Positions 1 through 8,880 of a DNA stretch of 33,844 nucleotides are shown piece by piece. Each line of letters starts with the position of its first letter. Positions within the stretch are counted from its first letter, which is position 1. The stretch lies in contig BQJH01000001.1 of assembly GCA_021604605.1 (NCBI GenBank), positions 1 through 33,844 on the forward strand, in the 5' to 3' direction. Source of the stretch: Hyphococcus sp. Lineage in GTDB: Bacteria; Pseudomonadota; Alphaproteobacteria; Caulobacterales; Parvularculaceae. The position numbers and the translations under genes are program-made. Under the pieces are notes generated by a model that had not been told where the DNA came from, searched no databases, and saw nothing but the letters and a program-made list of their open reading frames with translations.

Positions 1-2
1 CT

Positions 3-224
3 CCTTTGGGCCCTGATGTGATTGTTCGCGAAACTTTGGAGTCGAGCATTGTCATGGCGCGCGAGGCTTTGTCGCGCATGGGGCATGAAGAAAATGATAT
101 CGATGATTATGTTGAGCAGTTCAGAAAGCGTGACCGCGAGAGATTGTTGGCGCAGCGCGATTATGGCCCGGAGGCTGGCAAAGAATTACTCCATGCGCGC
201 TATGATAAACCGACGCCCAATTAA
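3..224 (+). CDS. C-terminal end of a KefB/KefC-like monovalent cation:proton antiporter-2 (K+ efflux) protein; partial, 5' end outside the window
   Basis: Open frame from the window edge; 'VIVRETLESSIVMAREALSRMG...EQFRKRD' resembles the RETFES motif and tail that follow the KTN domain in KefB/KefC. Confidence 0.75.
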   Translation, partial: PLGPDVIVRETLESSIVMAREALSRMGHEENDIDDYVEQFRKRDRERLLAQRDYGPEAGKELLHARYDKPTPN

Positions 225-1606
225 GCTCCTTCCGGTTCTCCCACAGCATCATAAATTTCTTTGACAACCGGCGCGACGAGTTCAATCGGGTTGGCGCCCC
301 GTGTCATGCCCGTTCTGACAATCACCATCCGCTTTGAGGGGATGATAATCACATATTGCCCCTCATGGCCCGCCATATAATAAACCTCCTCCGGCAAACC
401 GGGGATGAAGCGCTCCCGATCTTTGCCGTCGCGGTTTAACCAGAAATGCGCACCATATTGATTGTCTGACATGGGGGCTGGCGCCGCGACATAATCTGAC
501 CAGCCTTCGGGGAGCAGGCGTTCACCGTTCCAGACCCCATTTTGCAAATAGAGCTGGCCAAGCCGCGCCCAGTCACGCGCGGTCGCGTAGATAAAGGACG
601 ATCCAATAAAAGAACCGCTCGCATCGGTTTCAATGGTCGTATCGCCAGCGCCAATGGGCGTCAGCAAGGCTTCTTGTGAAAAGGCGTGATAATCAATGCC
701 TTTTGCTTCGAGTGTTTGCCGCAGCGTGCGCGACAAAAGATTGGACGTACCGCTTGAATAATACCAATGCTCACCGGGTTTATAGGCTGCGGGTTTGTTG
801 GCGGCGAAAGCGCCCGCATCCGCCAATTCAAACAACATCCGGTTTACGTCTGAACGCGGGTCGCCATATTCCTCGCTAAACTCCAGACCACTTTGCATCT
901 GCAAAAGGTCATGCCAGGTGATGTTGGCGCGTACGCTGTCGCCCGCCCATTCCGGCACTGGCGCAGGCTCATTGATATCAATAAGGCCTTGTTCCACAGC
1001 GGCGCCAATGAGGGTTGCGGTAATACTTTTTGCCATTGACCATGAGAGAAACGGTGTTTCCTTATTGAAACCTTCCGCATAGCGCTCATCAACGATCTTT
1101 CCATCGACAGCGACAAGCAGGGATCGATGGGCGGCTGTGTTATTGTCAAATGCATTGGTCAGCGCAAAATCAATAGCGGCGTAATCAACGCGGTTGATCG
1201 CTTTGCCAGAAATGGCCGGCGCTTCCGCCCATGCTTGTGGCGTCACGTCAGGAAGCGTAGGCGTCGGAAGAATTCTGCCGGAATTTGCCAGGGCGCATCC
1301 ATACCCATCGCGATAAACTGCTTTGGCATGGCCTAACCCCAACGGACCTGCAGCTCGGGTTTCTTTCTTTTCAAGATCAGCCTTCACTTTGACCTGCTGC
1401 AAGACCGGGTCCATCCCGGCAAATTCATTTTTCAGGATGAGTTTCGCATCACGGTTTGCGAGGAAAATTTCTGAGCAGGCGATTTTGGCTTTGTAACCCG
1501 CGCCGATACGGATCAACCGGTCAGCCTTAACGCCAAAGAAAATCAACGTCATGGCCGCCATTGCAGCGATAACGAGAAAAATAAGATGATGTGTTTTCAT
1601 GGTCAT
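221..1606 (-). CDS. Serine hydrolase, beta-lactamase class C / NylB-like family, with N-terminal membrane anchor
   Basis: SxxK motif in 'SWSMAKS', 'WYYSSGTS', 'LLQMQSGL', 'TARDWARLGQLYL' and 'GHEGQ'; hydrophobic N-terminus. Start could be 1615, 1606 or 1600. Confidence 0.85.
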   Translation of the reverse strand: MTMKTHHLIFLVIAAMAAMTLIFFGVKADRLIRIGAGYKAKIACSEIFLANRDAKLILKNEFAGMDPVLQQVKVKADLEKKETRAAGPLGLGHAKAVYRDGYGCALANSGRILPTPTLPDVTPQAWAEAPAISGKAINRVDYAAIDFALTNAFDNNTAAHRSLLVAVDGKIVDERYAEGFNKETPFLSWSMAKSITATLIGAAVEQGLIDINEPAPVPEWAGDSVRANITWHDLLQMQSGLEFSEEYGDPRSDVNRMLFELADAGAFAANKPAAYKPGEHWYYSSGTSNLLSRTLRQTLEAKGIDYHAFSQEALLTPIGAGDTTIETDASGSFIGSSFIYATARDWARLGQLYLQNGVWNGERLLPEGWSDYVAAPAPMSDNQYGAHFWLNRDGKDRERFIPGLPEEVYYMAGHEGQYVIIIPSKRMVIVRTGMTRGANPIELVAPVVKEIYDAVGEPEGA

Positions 1607-1659
1607 GGCGTGCACTCTAGACGGAAATGTCCGCGCCGTTGACCCTTTTTGTCAGTTCG

Positions 1660-2316
1660 TCAGAGCCCGATAAAAGGTTGAGCGATACGGCCCACGAGTG
1701 TTTTGAATTTCAGCGGCGCTTCGGTTGCGATCAGACAGATGCAAGGCTCATCGCCTATGGCTTTGGGTGTGTGTGTGTACTCGCCGTCAAGGTCTGCAAG
1801 ATCACCAACGCCAAAGTCGCCAATCTCATCTTCATAAGCGCCGCGTAAAATCAATGTCAGCTCATTGCCCTTGTGAGAGTGTTTCGGCATTTCGGTGCCG
1901 GGATCAATTTTTAAAAGGCGCAAGACGCCCTGGCGATAACCCTGCGCTTCAATGACGCTTTGCGAGAGGCCGGGCGCCACGCGTTTCCATTCAACATCAT
2001 CAATGGACCCTTTGAGATAAGCGCTCAAAGGTAATTTTACTTCAGGGCCTGGTGCGTCAGGTGTTTGTCTCAACACGACGCTCGCTGCGTTGCCTGCACG
2101 CGCGAGGATTTTTTCGAGCGCATCATCGGCCATTGCGACAGGCTCAACTTCTTCAAGACATTGCCCGCCGATGGCCTCAAAGTCTGAAATGGCCCGCGCA
2201 CAGTCAGCGCATAAGGCGGCGTGGGTTGCAATGACAACAGCGCGTGCTTCATCAAGACGTCCGGCGGCAAAACTACCGAGGGTCTCATCTGTCGGATGGT
2301 GGTGGACAGTACTCAT
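1660..2316 (-). CDS. chrR: ChrR family anti-sigma-E factor (zinc anti-sigma domain + cupin)
   Basis: N-terminal 'HHHP', ZAS motif 'HAALCADC', cupin 'PKHSHKGNELTLILRGAY' and 'CICL'; overlaps the sigma factor stop by 4 nt. Confidence 0.93.
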   Translation of the reverse strand: MSTVHHHPTDETLGSFAAGRLDEARAVVIATHAALCADCARAISDFEAIGGQCLEEVEPVAMADDALEKILARAGNAASVVLRQTPDAPGPEVKLPLSAYLKGSIDDVEWKRVAPGLSQSVIEAQGYRQGVLRLLKIDPGTEMPKHSHKGNELTLILRGAYEDEIGDFGVGDLADLDGEYTHTPKAIGDEPCICLIATEAPLKFKTLVGRIAQPFIGL

Positions 2317-2855
2317 GCCAAATCACCAAGTTCCTTTCTGATCTTCTCAAAGGCGAGCCGCAATCGCGATTTCACCGTACCGAGGGGTAAATCAAGCTTT
2401 TCCGCGATCACAGAATGCGGCTCGTCTTCATAGAAATGAAGCCGCATTACCGTTAGCTGATCGGCCGATAAAACACCCAATGCAGACCTGATACGGGCGT
2501 CGCGCTCTTTCAGTTCACATGTAACATCAGCTCTTGGCGCTTCTTCGGGCATTAATGCGGGGTCTTCGCCGTCCAGCGAGGGTTTGGAGGCCTTGCGAAT
2601 GGCGTCAATCCTGGCGTTCCGGGCGATTGTGAATATCCAGGTGGAGGCGGAGGCTTTGGCCGGATCGAACAATTTTGCCTTGTTCATGACCTTTACCATG
2701 GTGTCCTGAGCGAGATCTTCAGCCTCCTCAGGGGTGGCGCCGCCGCGCATCAAAAATCCTTTAATCCGGGGCGCGAAATGTGCATAAAGTTCAGCGAACG
2801 CTTGACGGTCACCATCTTGCGCGACCCTTGAGAGATGATCTTCCATTTGCGGCAT
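2313..2855 (-). CDS. rpoE: ECF sigma factor RpoE (ChrR-associated, ECF11 type)
   Basis: Region 2 'AEDLAQDTMVKV...FDPAKASASTWIFTIARNARID' and region 4 'IAEKLDLPLGTVKSRLRLA'; directly upstream of chrR. An in-frame TGA two codons upstream fixes the start. Confidence 0.92.
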   Translation of the reverse strand: MPQMEDHLSRVAQDGDRQAFAELYAHFAPRIKGFLMRGGATPEEAEDLAQDTMVKVMNKAKLFDPAKASASTWIFTIARNARIDAIRKASKPSLDGEDPALMPEEAPRADVTCELKERDARIRSALGVLSADQLTVMRLHFYEDEPHSVIAEKLDLPLGTVKSRLRLAFEKIRKELGDLA

Positions 2856-2897
2856 AAATCGTCATTCACTCGCTTTTCAATAGAATCCATTCATCTC

Positions 2898-2923
2898 TAA
2901 TCCATCTATACCGATCTTGCGTA
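2898..2923 (+). promoter_or_regulatory. Putative RpoE (ECF11)-dependent promoter of the oxidoreductase/DUF1365 operon
   Basis: TAATCC (2898-2903)-N15-GCGTA (2919-2923); one mismatch to the TGATCC-N15-GCGTA-type sigmaE/ChrR consensus, about 35 nt before ATG 2959. Confidence 0.7.
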
Positions 2924-2958
2924 TCAAGGGAAACAAGAATGGACTGAGACGAGCTGTT

Positions 2959-4323
2959 ATGCCTTTTGATACAAACAAGCCGGAGAATGCCCCTTTGACT
3001 TCGGCCGGTAAGTCAAAACAACGGATTGCCATTATTGGTTCCGGGGTTTCAGGCCTGTCCGCCGCCTGGCTGTCATCACAAGCGCATGACGTTGTGATCT
3101 ACGAAAAGGATCGGCGCGTCGGTGGGCATTCCAATACAGTTGATGTGGATTTACCTGGCGGAACCGTTCCAGTTGATACCGGGTTTATCGTTTTTAATGA
3201 ACCAAGCTATCCGAACTTCACCGCGCTGCTCGATCATATCGGCGTTGCGCACGAAAATTCCTGTATGTCATTTGGCGTGTCGATCGATGATGGCGAGGTC
3301 GAGTATTCCGGTCAGACATTGTCATCGGTTTTTGCACGGCGCACGAATGCGGCGTCGCCGTCTTTCTGGAAGATGTTGAGCGATATTCCCCGGTTTCATC
3401 GTGATGCGCGCAGTGTTTTGCGCGCAGGGTTCTGTGAACAAGCCTCGCTCGGCGATTTTGTCGAGCAGATGAAATATGGCCGCCGGTTTTGCGAGCACTT
3501 TTTAAAGCCCATGGCGGCGGCGATTTGGTCAACGCCGCAGATGAAAGTTTTCGACTATCCGGCGCTCGCGTTTCTTCAGTTTTTTGAAAATCACGGGCTC
3601 TTGCAAGTCCTAAATCTACCTGAATGGCGAACGGTTTCCGGTGGCTCGCGTTCATATGTGAATGAAATCATGTCGGCGTTTAATGGCGCCGTTCGGTTGT
3701 CTTCTGGTGCGTCAAAAATTGAACGCTCGAACGGGAAGGTGGTTGTGACAGATGTAAACGGTAATGCCGATCAGTTCGATCATGTTATCATTGCCTCTCA
3801 CGCAGATGCAGCACTTTCCATGCTAGGCGATGCCTCGCGGCAAGAGCGCTCGATCCTTGAGGCGTTCACTTATCAGAACAATCATGCTGTACTTCATCTT
3901 GATGAGAGTGAGATGCCGCAGCGTCGGCGCGCATGGTCTAGTTGGAATTATGTTGGCTCTGAAAATGCGGGCGCTGTGACTTACTGGATGAACCGCCTGC
4001 AAAATTTGCCATGCGATGAAAATGTTTTTGTCACGCTTAATCCGGCGCGAGAAATTTCAGCCGAGAAAATAGTCGCTGAATTCAATTATGATCACCCGAT
4101 GTTCAATGCGGCGACTGAAATCGCGCAAAAGGATATTTGGCGTATTCAGGGGCGGGGCGGCGTGTGGTATGCTGGCGCCCATCTTGGTCACGGGTTCCAT
4201 GAGGACGGGTTACAGTCTGGTCTTGCCGTTGCGGAAGCTATTGGCAGTGTTCGCAGACCTTGGCGTGTTGAAAATGAATCCGGTCGTTTGTTTTCTGCGG
4301 CGCCGCTAGAGGCAACTTTGTGA
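2959..4323 (+). CDS. FAD-dependent oxidoreductase / amine oxidase family, RSP_1091 (UfaD)-like fatty acid desaturase candidate
   Basis: Rossmann 'IAIIGSGVSG', 'GGHSNT', 'VDTGFIVFN', 'AWSSWNY', 'TYWMNRLQ', 'GFHEDG'; divergent from rpoE as in Rhodobacter. ATG 2959 (MPFD) is preferred over TTG 2917, which would overlap the promoter. Confidence 0.85.
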   Translation: MPFDTNKPENAPLTSAGKSKQRIAIIGSGVSGLSAAWLSSQAHDVVIYEKDRRVGGHSNTVDVDLPGGTVPVDTGFIVFNEPSYPNFTALLDHIGVAHENSCMSFGVSIDDGEVEYSGQTLSSVFARRTNAASPSFWKMLSDIPRFHRDARSVLRAGFCEQASLGDFVEQMKYGRRFCEHFLKPMAAAIWSTPQMKVFDYPALAFLQFFENHGLLQVLNLPEWRTVSGGSRSYVNEIMSAFNGAVRLSSGASKIERSNGKVVVTDVNGNADQFDHVIIASHADAALSMLGDASRQERSILEAFTYQNNHAVLHLDESEMPQRRRAWSSWNYVGSENAGAVTYWMNRLQNLPCDENVFVTLNPAREISAEKIVAEFNYDHPMFNAATEIAQKDIWRIQGRGGVWYAGAHLGHGFHEDGLQSGLAVAEAIGSVRRPWRVENESGRLFSAAPLEATL

Positions 4324-5138
4324 AAACACATGCGCCAATAGCCAGCGTCTATGAGGGCGAAGTGATCCATAGCCGGTTCAAGCCGGTGCGTCACAATTTG
4401 AAGTATCGCGTATTTTCTTTTCTCATCGATCTTGATCGGCTTGATGAGTTGTCATCTTCTTCAAAATATTTTTCCCGCAACTGGTTTAATCTCTTTTCGT
4501 TTCATGACCGTGATTTCGGGACAGGGCGGCCGAATGATGTGGCGACTTATATCAGAACCGCGCTTCGAGAGGCTGATGTCAAAGCCGACGGCCGCATTCT
4601 TCTTTTATGCTATCCGCGCATGTTGGGTTATGCATTTAATCCGTTGTCTGTCTATTACTGCTACAACAAGGATGATGAGTTAGCGGCGATGATCTATGAG
4701 GTTTCCAGCACCTTTGGAGAACGTCACGCCTACCTTATTCCTGTTGAGAAAAATCGTGCGAATGGCAGCAAAAATCCAATTCGACAAATTGCGCAAAAGC
4801 GCCTTCATGTATCTCCCTTTATCGACATGGATATGGATTACACGTTTGACGTGACGTTGCCTGACAAGGAGTTACGGATTTTTATTCAAACTGCTGATAA
4901 TGAAGGGCCAGTATTGAACGCCGCATTTGCGGGAAAAGGCGAGCCGGTTACGGACCGCAAGCTTCTCGGTTTGTTTTTTCGCTATCCTTTAATGACCATA
5001 AAAGTCATTTTCGGCATTCATTGGGAAGCGGTGAAGTTGATGCTCAAGGGCATGCGCCTGCGCGCTGGCGATCCCGCACCTGAATACCCGATGACCGTGG
5101 TTCGTGCGAGAAATGTTGAAAGTTCAAAGGCCGCATAA
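4320..5138 (+). CDS. DUF1365 family protein, RSP_1090 (UfaO)-like
   Basis: 'HSRFKPVRH', 'PRMLGYAFNPLSVYYC', 'TFGERHAY', 'HVSPF', 'IHWEAVKL'; GTG start overlaps the upstream stop. Confidence 0.88.
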   Translation: MKTHAPIASVYEGEVIHSRFKPVRHNLKYRVFSFLIDLDRLDELSSSSKYFSRNWFNLFSFHDRDFGTGRPNDVATYIRTALREADVKADGRILLLCYPRMLGYAFNPLSVYYCYNKDDELAAMIYEVSSTFGERHAYLIPVEKNRANGSKNPIRQIAQKRLHVSPFIDMDMDYTFDVTLPDKELRIFIQTADNEGPVLNAAFAGKGEPVTDRKLLGLFFRYPLMTIKVIFGIHWEAVKLMLKGMRLRAGDPAPEYPMTVVRARNVESSKAA

Positions 5139-5210
5139 AGGAATTGTGCGCCGATCATGGACGCGCCCCTCTATTTGAGCTAATCGAAGGCCACAATAAG
5201 GAGGCCTTTG

Positions 5211-5915
5211 ATGAAGAAAATATTCCCTAACGCCGCCGCCGCTCTTGAGGGGCTTTGTTTTGACGGGATGACCGTCATGTCGGGTGGCTTTGGTTTGTGC
5301 GGTATCGCGGAAAACCTCATCATTGCGCTCCGCGATAGCGGCGCTAAAGACCTCACGGTGATCTCTAATAATGCGGGCGTTGATGATTTTGGCTTGGGTT
5401 TCCTCTTGCAAACGCGCCAGATCAAAAAAATGATTTCCTCTTATGTGGGGGAGAACAAAGAGTTCGAGCGCCAGTTTCTCTCTGGTGAATTAGAGTTAGA
5501 ATTTAACCCGCAAGGCACCCTGGCTGAACGCTGCCGCGCTGGCGGCGCCGGCATTCCCGGCTTCTACACCAAGACCGGTGTTGGTACGGTGATCGCGGAT
5601 GGCAAAGAGCATAAAGAATTTAACGGCGAGACTTATATTCTGGAAACCGGCCTCGTTTCAGATTTGTCGATTGTCAAAGCCTGGAAAGGCGATGAGCAAG
5701 GCAATCTTGTTTACCGAAAAACTGCGCGCAACTTTAACCCGATGATGGCGTCTGCCGGGAAAGTCACCGTCGCCGAGGTTGAAGAAATTGTGCCCCTTGG
5801 CAGTCTTGACCCCGATTGCATCCATACGCCGGGTATTTTCGTTCAACGGATTATTCAAGCGGACCATGAAAAGCGTATTGAACAGCGCACCGTGCGTGAA
5901 AGGGAGAATGCGTAA
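5211..5915 (+). CDS. scoA: 3-oxoacid (succinyl-CoA:3-ketoacid) CoA-transferase subunit A
   Basis: 'GGFGLCG', 'SNNAG', 'SYVGEN', 'PQGTLAER', 'TARNFNP'; SD AGGAGG at 5199-5204 before ATG 5211. Confidence 0.93.
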   Translation: MKKIFPNAAAALEGLCFDGMTVMSGGFGLCGIAENLIIALRDSGAKDLTVISNNAGVDDFGLGFLLQTRQIKKMISSYVGENKEFERQFLSGELELEFNPQGTLAERCRAGGAGIPGFYTKTGVGTVIADGKEHKEFNGETYILETGLVSDLSIVKAWKGDEQGNLVYRKTARNFNPMMASAGKVTVAEVEEIVPLGSLDPDCIHTPGIFVQRIIQADHEKRIEQRTVRERENA

Positions 5916-6565
5916 TGTCTGATGTAAAAGGATGGGATCGCAATCAGATGGCCGCGCGGGCGGCGCAGGAACTTGAAGACGGGTTCTACGTAAATCTCGG
6001 CATCGGCATTCCGACGCTGGTGGCGAACTTCATTGCTGATGATGTCGACGTCACCTTGCAATCGGAAAATGGCATGCTCGGTATGGGGCCATTCCCATAT
6101 GAGGATGAGGTTGATGCGGATCTGATTAATGCCGGCAAGCAGACGATTACGGAACTGCGTCGGACATCCTATTTTTCTTCCGCTGACTCATTCGGCATGA
6201 TCCGCGGTGGGCACATTGATTTATCTGTGCTGGGCGCCATGGAAGTTTCTGAAAAAGGTGATCTTGCGAACTGGATGATCCCCGGCAAGATGGTCAAAGG
6301 CATGGGCGGCGCTATGGACCTTGTGGCGGGCGTGAAGCGGGTTGTCGTTGTAATGGACCACGCCTCCAAGGCAGGCGCGCCAAAGCTTTTGCACGAATGC
6401 TCCTTGCCACTGACGGGTCAAAAAGTTGTCGATATGGTCATCACCAATCTTGGTGTTTTCACAATCGACTCTGAAAAAGGCATGACCCTGGCTGAGCTCG
6501 CGCCGGGTGTTACAGTAGACGACGTTAAATCACTGACGGAAGCTGATTTCGAAGTTGCGGTTTAA
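5915..6565 (+). CDS. scoB: 3-oxoacid CoA-transferase subunit B
   Basis: 'VNLGIGIPT', catalytic 'QSENG', 'GMGGAMDLV'; TAATG coupling to scoA. Confidence 0.93.
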   Translation: MSDVKGWDRNQMAARAAQELEDGFYVNLGIGIPTLVANFIADDVDVTLQSENGMLGMGPFPYEDEVDADLINAGKQTITELRRTSYFSSADSFGMIRGGHIDLSVLGAMEVSEKGDLANWMIPGKMVKGMGGAMDLVAGVKRVVVVMDHASKAGAPKLLHECSLPLTGQKVVDMVITNLGVFTIDSEKGMTLAELAPGVTVDDVKSLTEADFEVAV

Positions 6566-6571
6566 AAACTC

Positions 6572-7324
6572 TTACGACGCAGCTTTTACTTTGTTCGGTT
6601 GATAGGCGTCATCGTGCATAGCCGCATGCTTAATATGCACTATGCAGCTCAAGACATGATCAAGCGCTTTTTGATCACCGCTCAGTGTCATCCGCTTTTT
6701 GGCTTCTTCCAGCGGGAGTTCTTTTCTCAGCGCCTGCATAATCGTTGCTACATCAGAGGACAGCTTCGCAACGGCGGGGGTGTCCGCCCCGCGATGCGCG
6801 GTCATCTCGCCGTTCATATAATAAAGCGTGTACGGAAAATCGTCGATCATAATATGAGCGACATAATTCAAGTCCGGATCATGGGCGTCGCCAGCGAAGA
6901 GTTCAATCGCGAGCGCCACGGAATCCGGCTGCAGATCATTTGAATAAATACAGTCGCGGGCAGGGGAGGCTTCCGGGCGCTCCATAAAATAATTGATTGA
7001 CCAGCACATCATTTCACGAATGGCAGGCCGCAATCGTTCACCAATAGGGGAGAGCCGATAACGCGACCCGGTTTCGCCGGATTTCGGTGCGATAATCAAA
7101 CCGGCGCCATCAAGCTCTTTCAGCCGTTTACTGAGAAGGTTGGCGCCAATTCCAGGCAGCCCCGCCTGCAGATCGCCAAACCGCTGAGGTCCCAAAAAAA
7201 GGTCCCGTAAAATCAGAAACGTCCAGCGTTCCCCCAAAATATCGAGGGCGTGGGCCAGAATGCAGTCCTGATTATAGGTTCGGGTCATCGACTTCCTTGG
7301 CGGCTGGCTTTGCGGCTGATTCAT
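6572..7324 (-). CDS. HxlR/DUF24 winged-helix regulator with C-terminal SCP2-like domain
   Basis: 'YNQDCILAHALDILGERWTFLILRDL...RFGDLQAGLPGIGANLLSKRLKEL' is HxlR-like with the conserved N-terminal Cys. The C-terminus '...KLSSDVATIMQAL...MTLSGDQKAL' resembles SCP2 (weaker call). Confidence 0.85.
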   Translation of the reverse strand: MNQPQSQPPRKSMTRTYNQDCILAHALDILGERWTFLILRDLFLGPQRFGDLQAGLPGIGANLLSKRLKELDGAGLIIAPKSGETGSRYRLSPIGERLRPAIREMMCWSINYFMERPEASPARDCIYSNDLQPDSVALAIELFAGDAHDPDLNYVAHIMIDDFPYTLYYMNGEMTAHRGADTPAVAKLSSDVATIMQALRKELPLEEAKKRMTLSGDQKALDHVLSCIVHIKHAAMHDDAYQPNKVKAAS

Positions 7325-7385
7325 TCTCTCACCTGTAAGTTGTACTGCATTTTCGAGAAAACGCCGTCTCTAAAGAAAAATCATT

Positions 7386-7404
7386 AATACTATCAAAAAG
7401 TATT
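7386..7404. promoter_or_regulatory. Putative operator of the HxlR/DUF24 regulator
   Basis: Perfect inverted repeat AATACT-N7-AGTATT, whose core TACT-N7-AGTA is the spacing described for DUF24 repressors such as YodB. It abuts a TTGACA hexamer at 7404-7409 in the divergent intergenic region. Confidence 0.6.
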
Positions 7405-7500
7405 TGACACTTTAAAAATATATAGTAAAAAGTAACTCATAGTCAAACGGTGCTTTAATAAAGACGACATAACAGCGCCAAAAGCCAAGGAGCCTCCCTG

Positions 7501-7785
7501 ATGAATATGCGTTTTTTGACCGGATTTATTGCGACAGCAGCAGTTTTCGCCACTTTTCCCGCCCATGCCACCGACTGGAGCGAGCAGATGAATGTCTGCG
7601 CCGCAGCAGTTCAGTCAGAAGGTTTGGCCGCTGAAGGCGAATATCTTGTGACTTTTGTGGATGCGCGTGGCTCGCGCGTGAAGCGTCTCACCATCGAACT
7701 TACCCCTGATGATGGCGGAGACACAATGACGGCGACGTGCAATATTAAGCGCGGCGAAGTCACCGAGGTCGTATTAACGAGCTAG
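7501..7785 (+). CDS. Small secreted hypothetical protein (two Cys)
   Basis: SD AAGGAG upstream, Sec signal ending 'PAHA', two Cys in the mature part, followed by a terminator. Confidence 0.75.
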   Translation: MNMRFLTGFIATAAVFATFPAHATDWSEQMNVCAAAVQSEGLAAEGEYLVTFVDARGSRVKRLTIELTPDDGGDTMTATCNIKRGEVTEVVLTS

Positions 7786-7817
7786 CGACTTCACCTAATA
7801 TACTCCCTGAAACTGAC

Positions 7818-7843
7818 ACGCCCGCTTCGGCGGGCGTTTTTTT
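7818..7843 (+). terminator. Rho-independent terminator
   Basis: Stem ACGCCCGC / GCGGGCGT with a TTCG loop, followed by a T run to 7843. Confidence 0.9.
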
Positions 7844-8727
7844 CATTCAGCTTTCAAAGACTGATAGGCGGTCTTAACCGTGAACTCAGAATCCATGAAG
7901 CCTGATCCCCATTCTTCATCGAGATCGTCGAGCGGCCTGGCGGCAATCGCTTCGGCTTCACTGAGCCCTTCATCAATTTGGGCTTGCACACGCGAGCGCA
8001 CAGTTTTCAACATTGCGATGGAAGCATCCAATTCAACTTTGGATGATAAGGGGCCATGCCCGGGAATGATTTTTGTTTCATCGTCCGCGAGCGATGCAAC
8101 ATATTCCAGCGCTTGAATATAGCCGCTTAGCGAACCGCCGCTCTTGAGATCGATATAGGGATAGCCGCCGGAAAAGAAGACATCGCCCATGTGAATGACA
8201 TTGGCGTTTTTGAAGAAGACGATGGAATCCCCATCCGTATGGGCGTTCTCAGGGTGCTTCACATAGATTTCATGGCCATTTCGGTGAAATGTTGCGCTGT
8301 GTGAAAATGTGATTACCGGCAGGGCGTCAGGCGATGTGTTTTTAGCGTCGGATAGGCGTTTGTGAACATTGTCATGAGAAATAATATAAGCGCCGGATTT
8401 GCCGAGTGCTTCATTGCCGCCTGTGTGGTCTCCGTGGTGGTGGGTGTTCAATACAAACTCGACGGGTTTGTCGGTTAGTGCCGAGATCGCTGCCGCAATC
8501 TTATCACTTAACGGGGCGAATTGGTCATCAATGACAAAGGCGCCGTCATCGCCGATAGAAAGGCCGATATTTCCTCCGGCGCCTTCAAGCATGTAAATAT
8601 CGTCTGTCACTTGCGTCGTTTTAATTTCGACATTGGAATAGTCGCGCTGAGCCAGCGCCGGCCCATGGACAGCTGAAAACCCGAAAATGGTTGAAAGGAC
8701 GGTGGTGGTTAGAAACATCTTTTTCAT
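7843..8727 (-). CDS. Exported MBL-fold metallo-hydrolase (cyclase-like)
   Basis: Signal peptide ending 'ALA', 'NTHHHGDHTGGN', 'HTDGD', 'HMGD', 'IPGHG'. Confidence 0.9.
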   Translation of the reverse strand: MKKMFLTTTVLSTIFGFSAVHGPALAQRDYSNVEIKTTQVTDDIYMLEGAGGNIGLSIGDDGAFVIDDQFAPLSDKIAAAISALTDKPVEFVLNTHHHGDHTGGNEALGKSGAYIISHDNVHKRLSDAKNTSPDALPVITFSHSATFHRNGHEIYVKHPENAHTDGDSIVFFKNANVIHMGDVFFSGGYPYIDLKSGGSLSGYIQALEYVASLADDETKIIPGHGPLSSKVELDASIAMLKTVRSRVQAQIDEGLSEAEAIAARPLDDLDEEWGSGFMDSEFTVKTAYQSLKAE

Positions 8728-8880
8728 TGAAAACCCCTGAAAATAATAACGCTGAGTTAGGTATCAGCCGTCATCAGGCTTGAGAAGTCACGATTGCGAG
8801 GGCGCTATCCCGATGAAAGAGATTGTGTTGCAGTGCGGTGACAGGCGGGCTAAAGACGCTTGTTTGTTGGAGTTGAGAAC

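Noticed and set aside
2917-2958. Upstream TTG start for the FAD oxidoreductase
   Set aside because: Overlaps the -10 element of the predicted RpoE promoter; ATG 2959 gives the MPFD N-terminus expected for this family.
221-8727. Beta-lactamase-fold proteins (221-1606 and 7843-8727) as antibiotic resistance genes
   Set aside because: Motifs fit broad esterase/amidase and cyclase-like MBL families; nothing specifically supports beta-lactamase activity.
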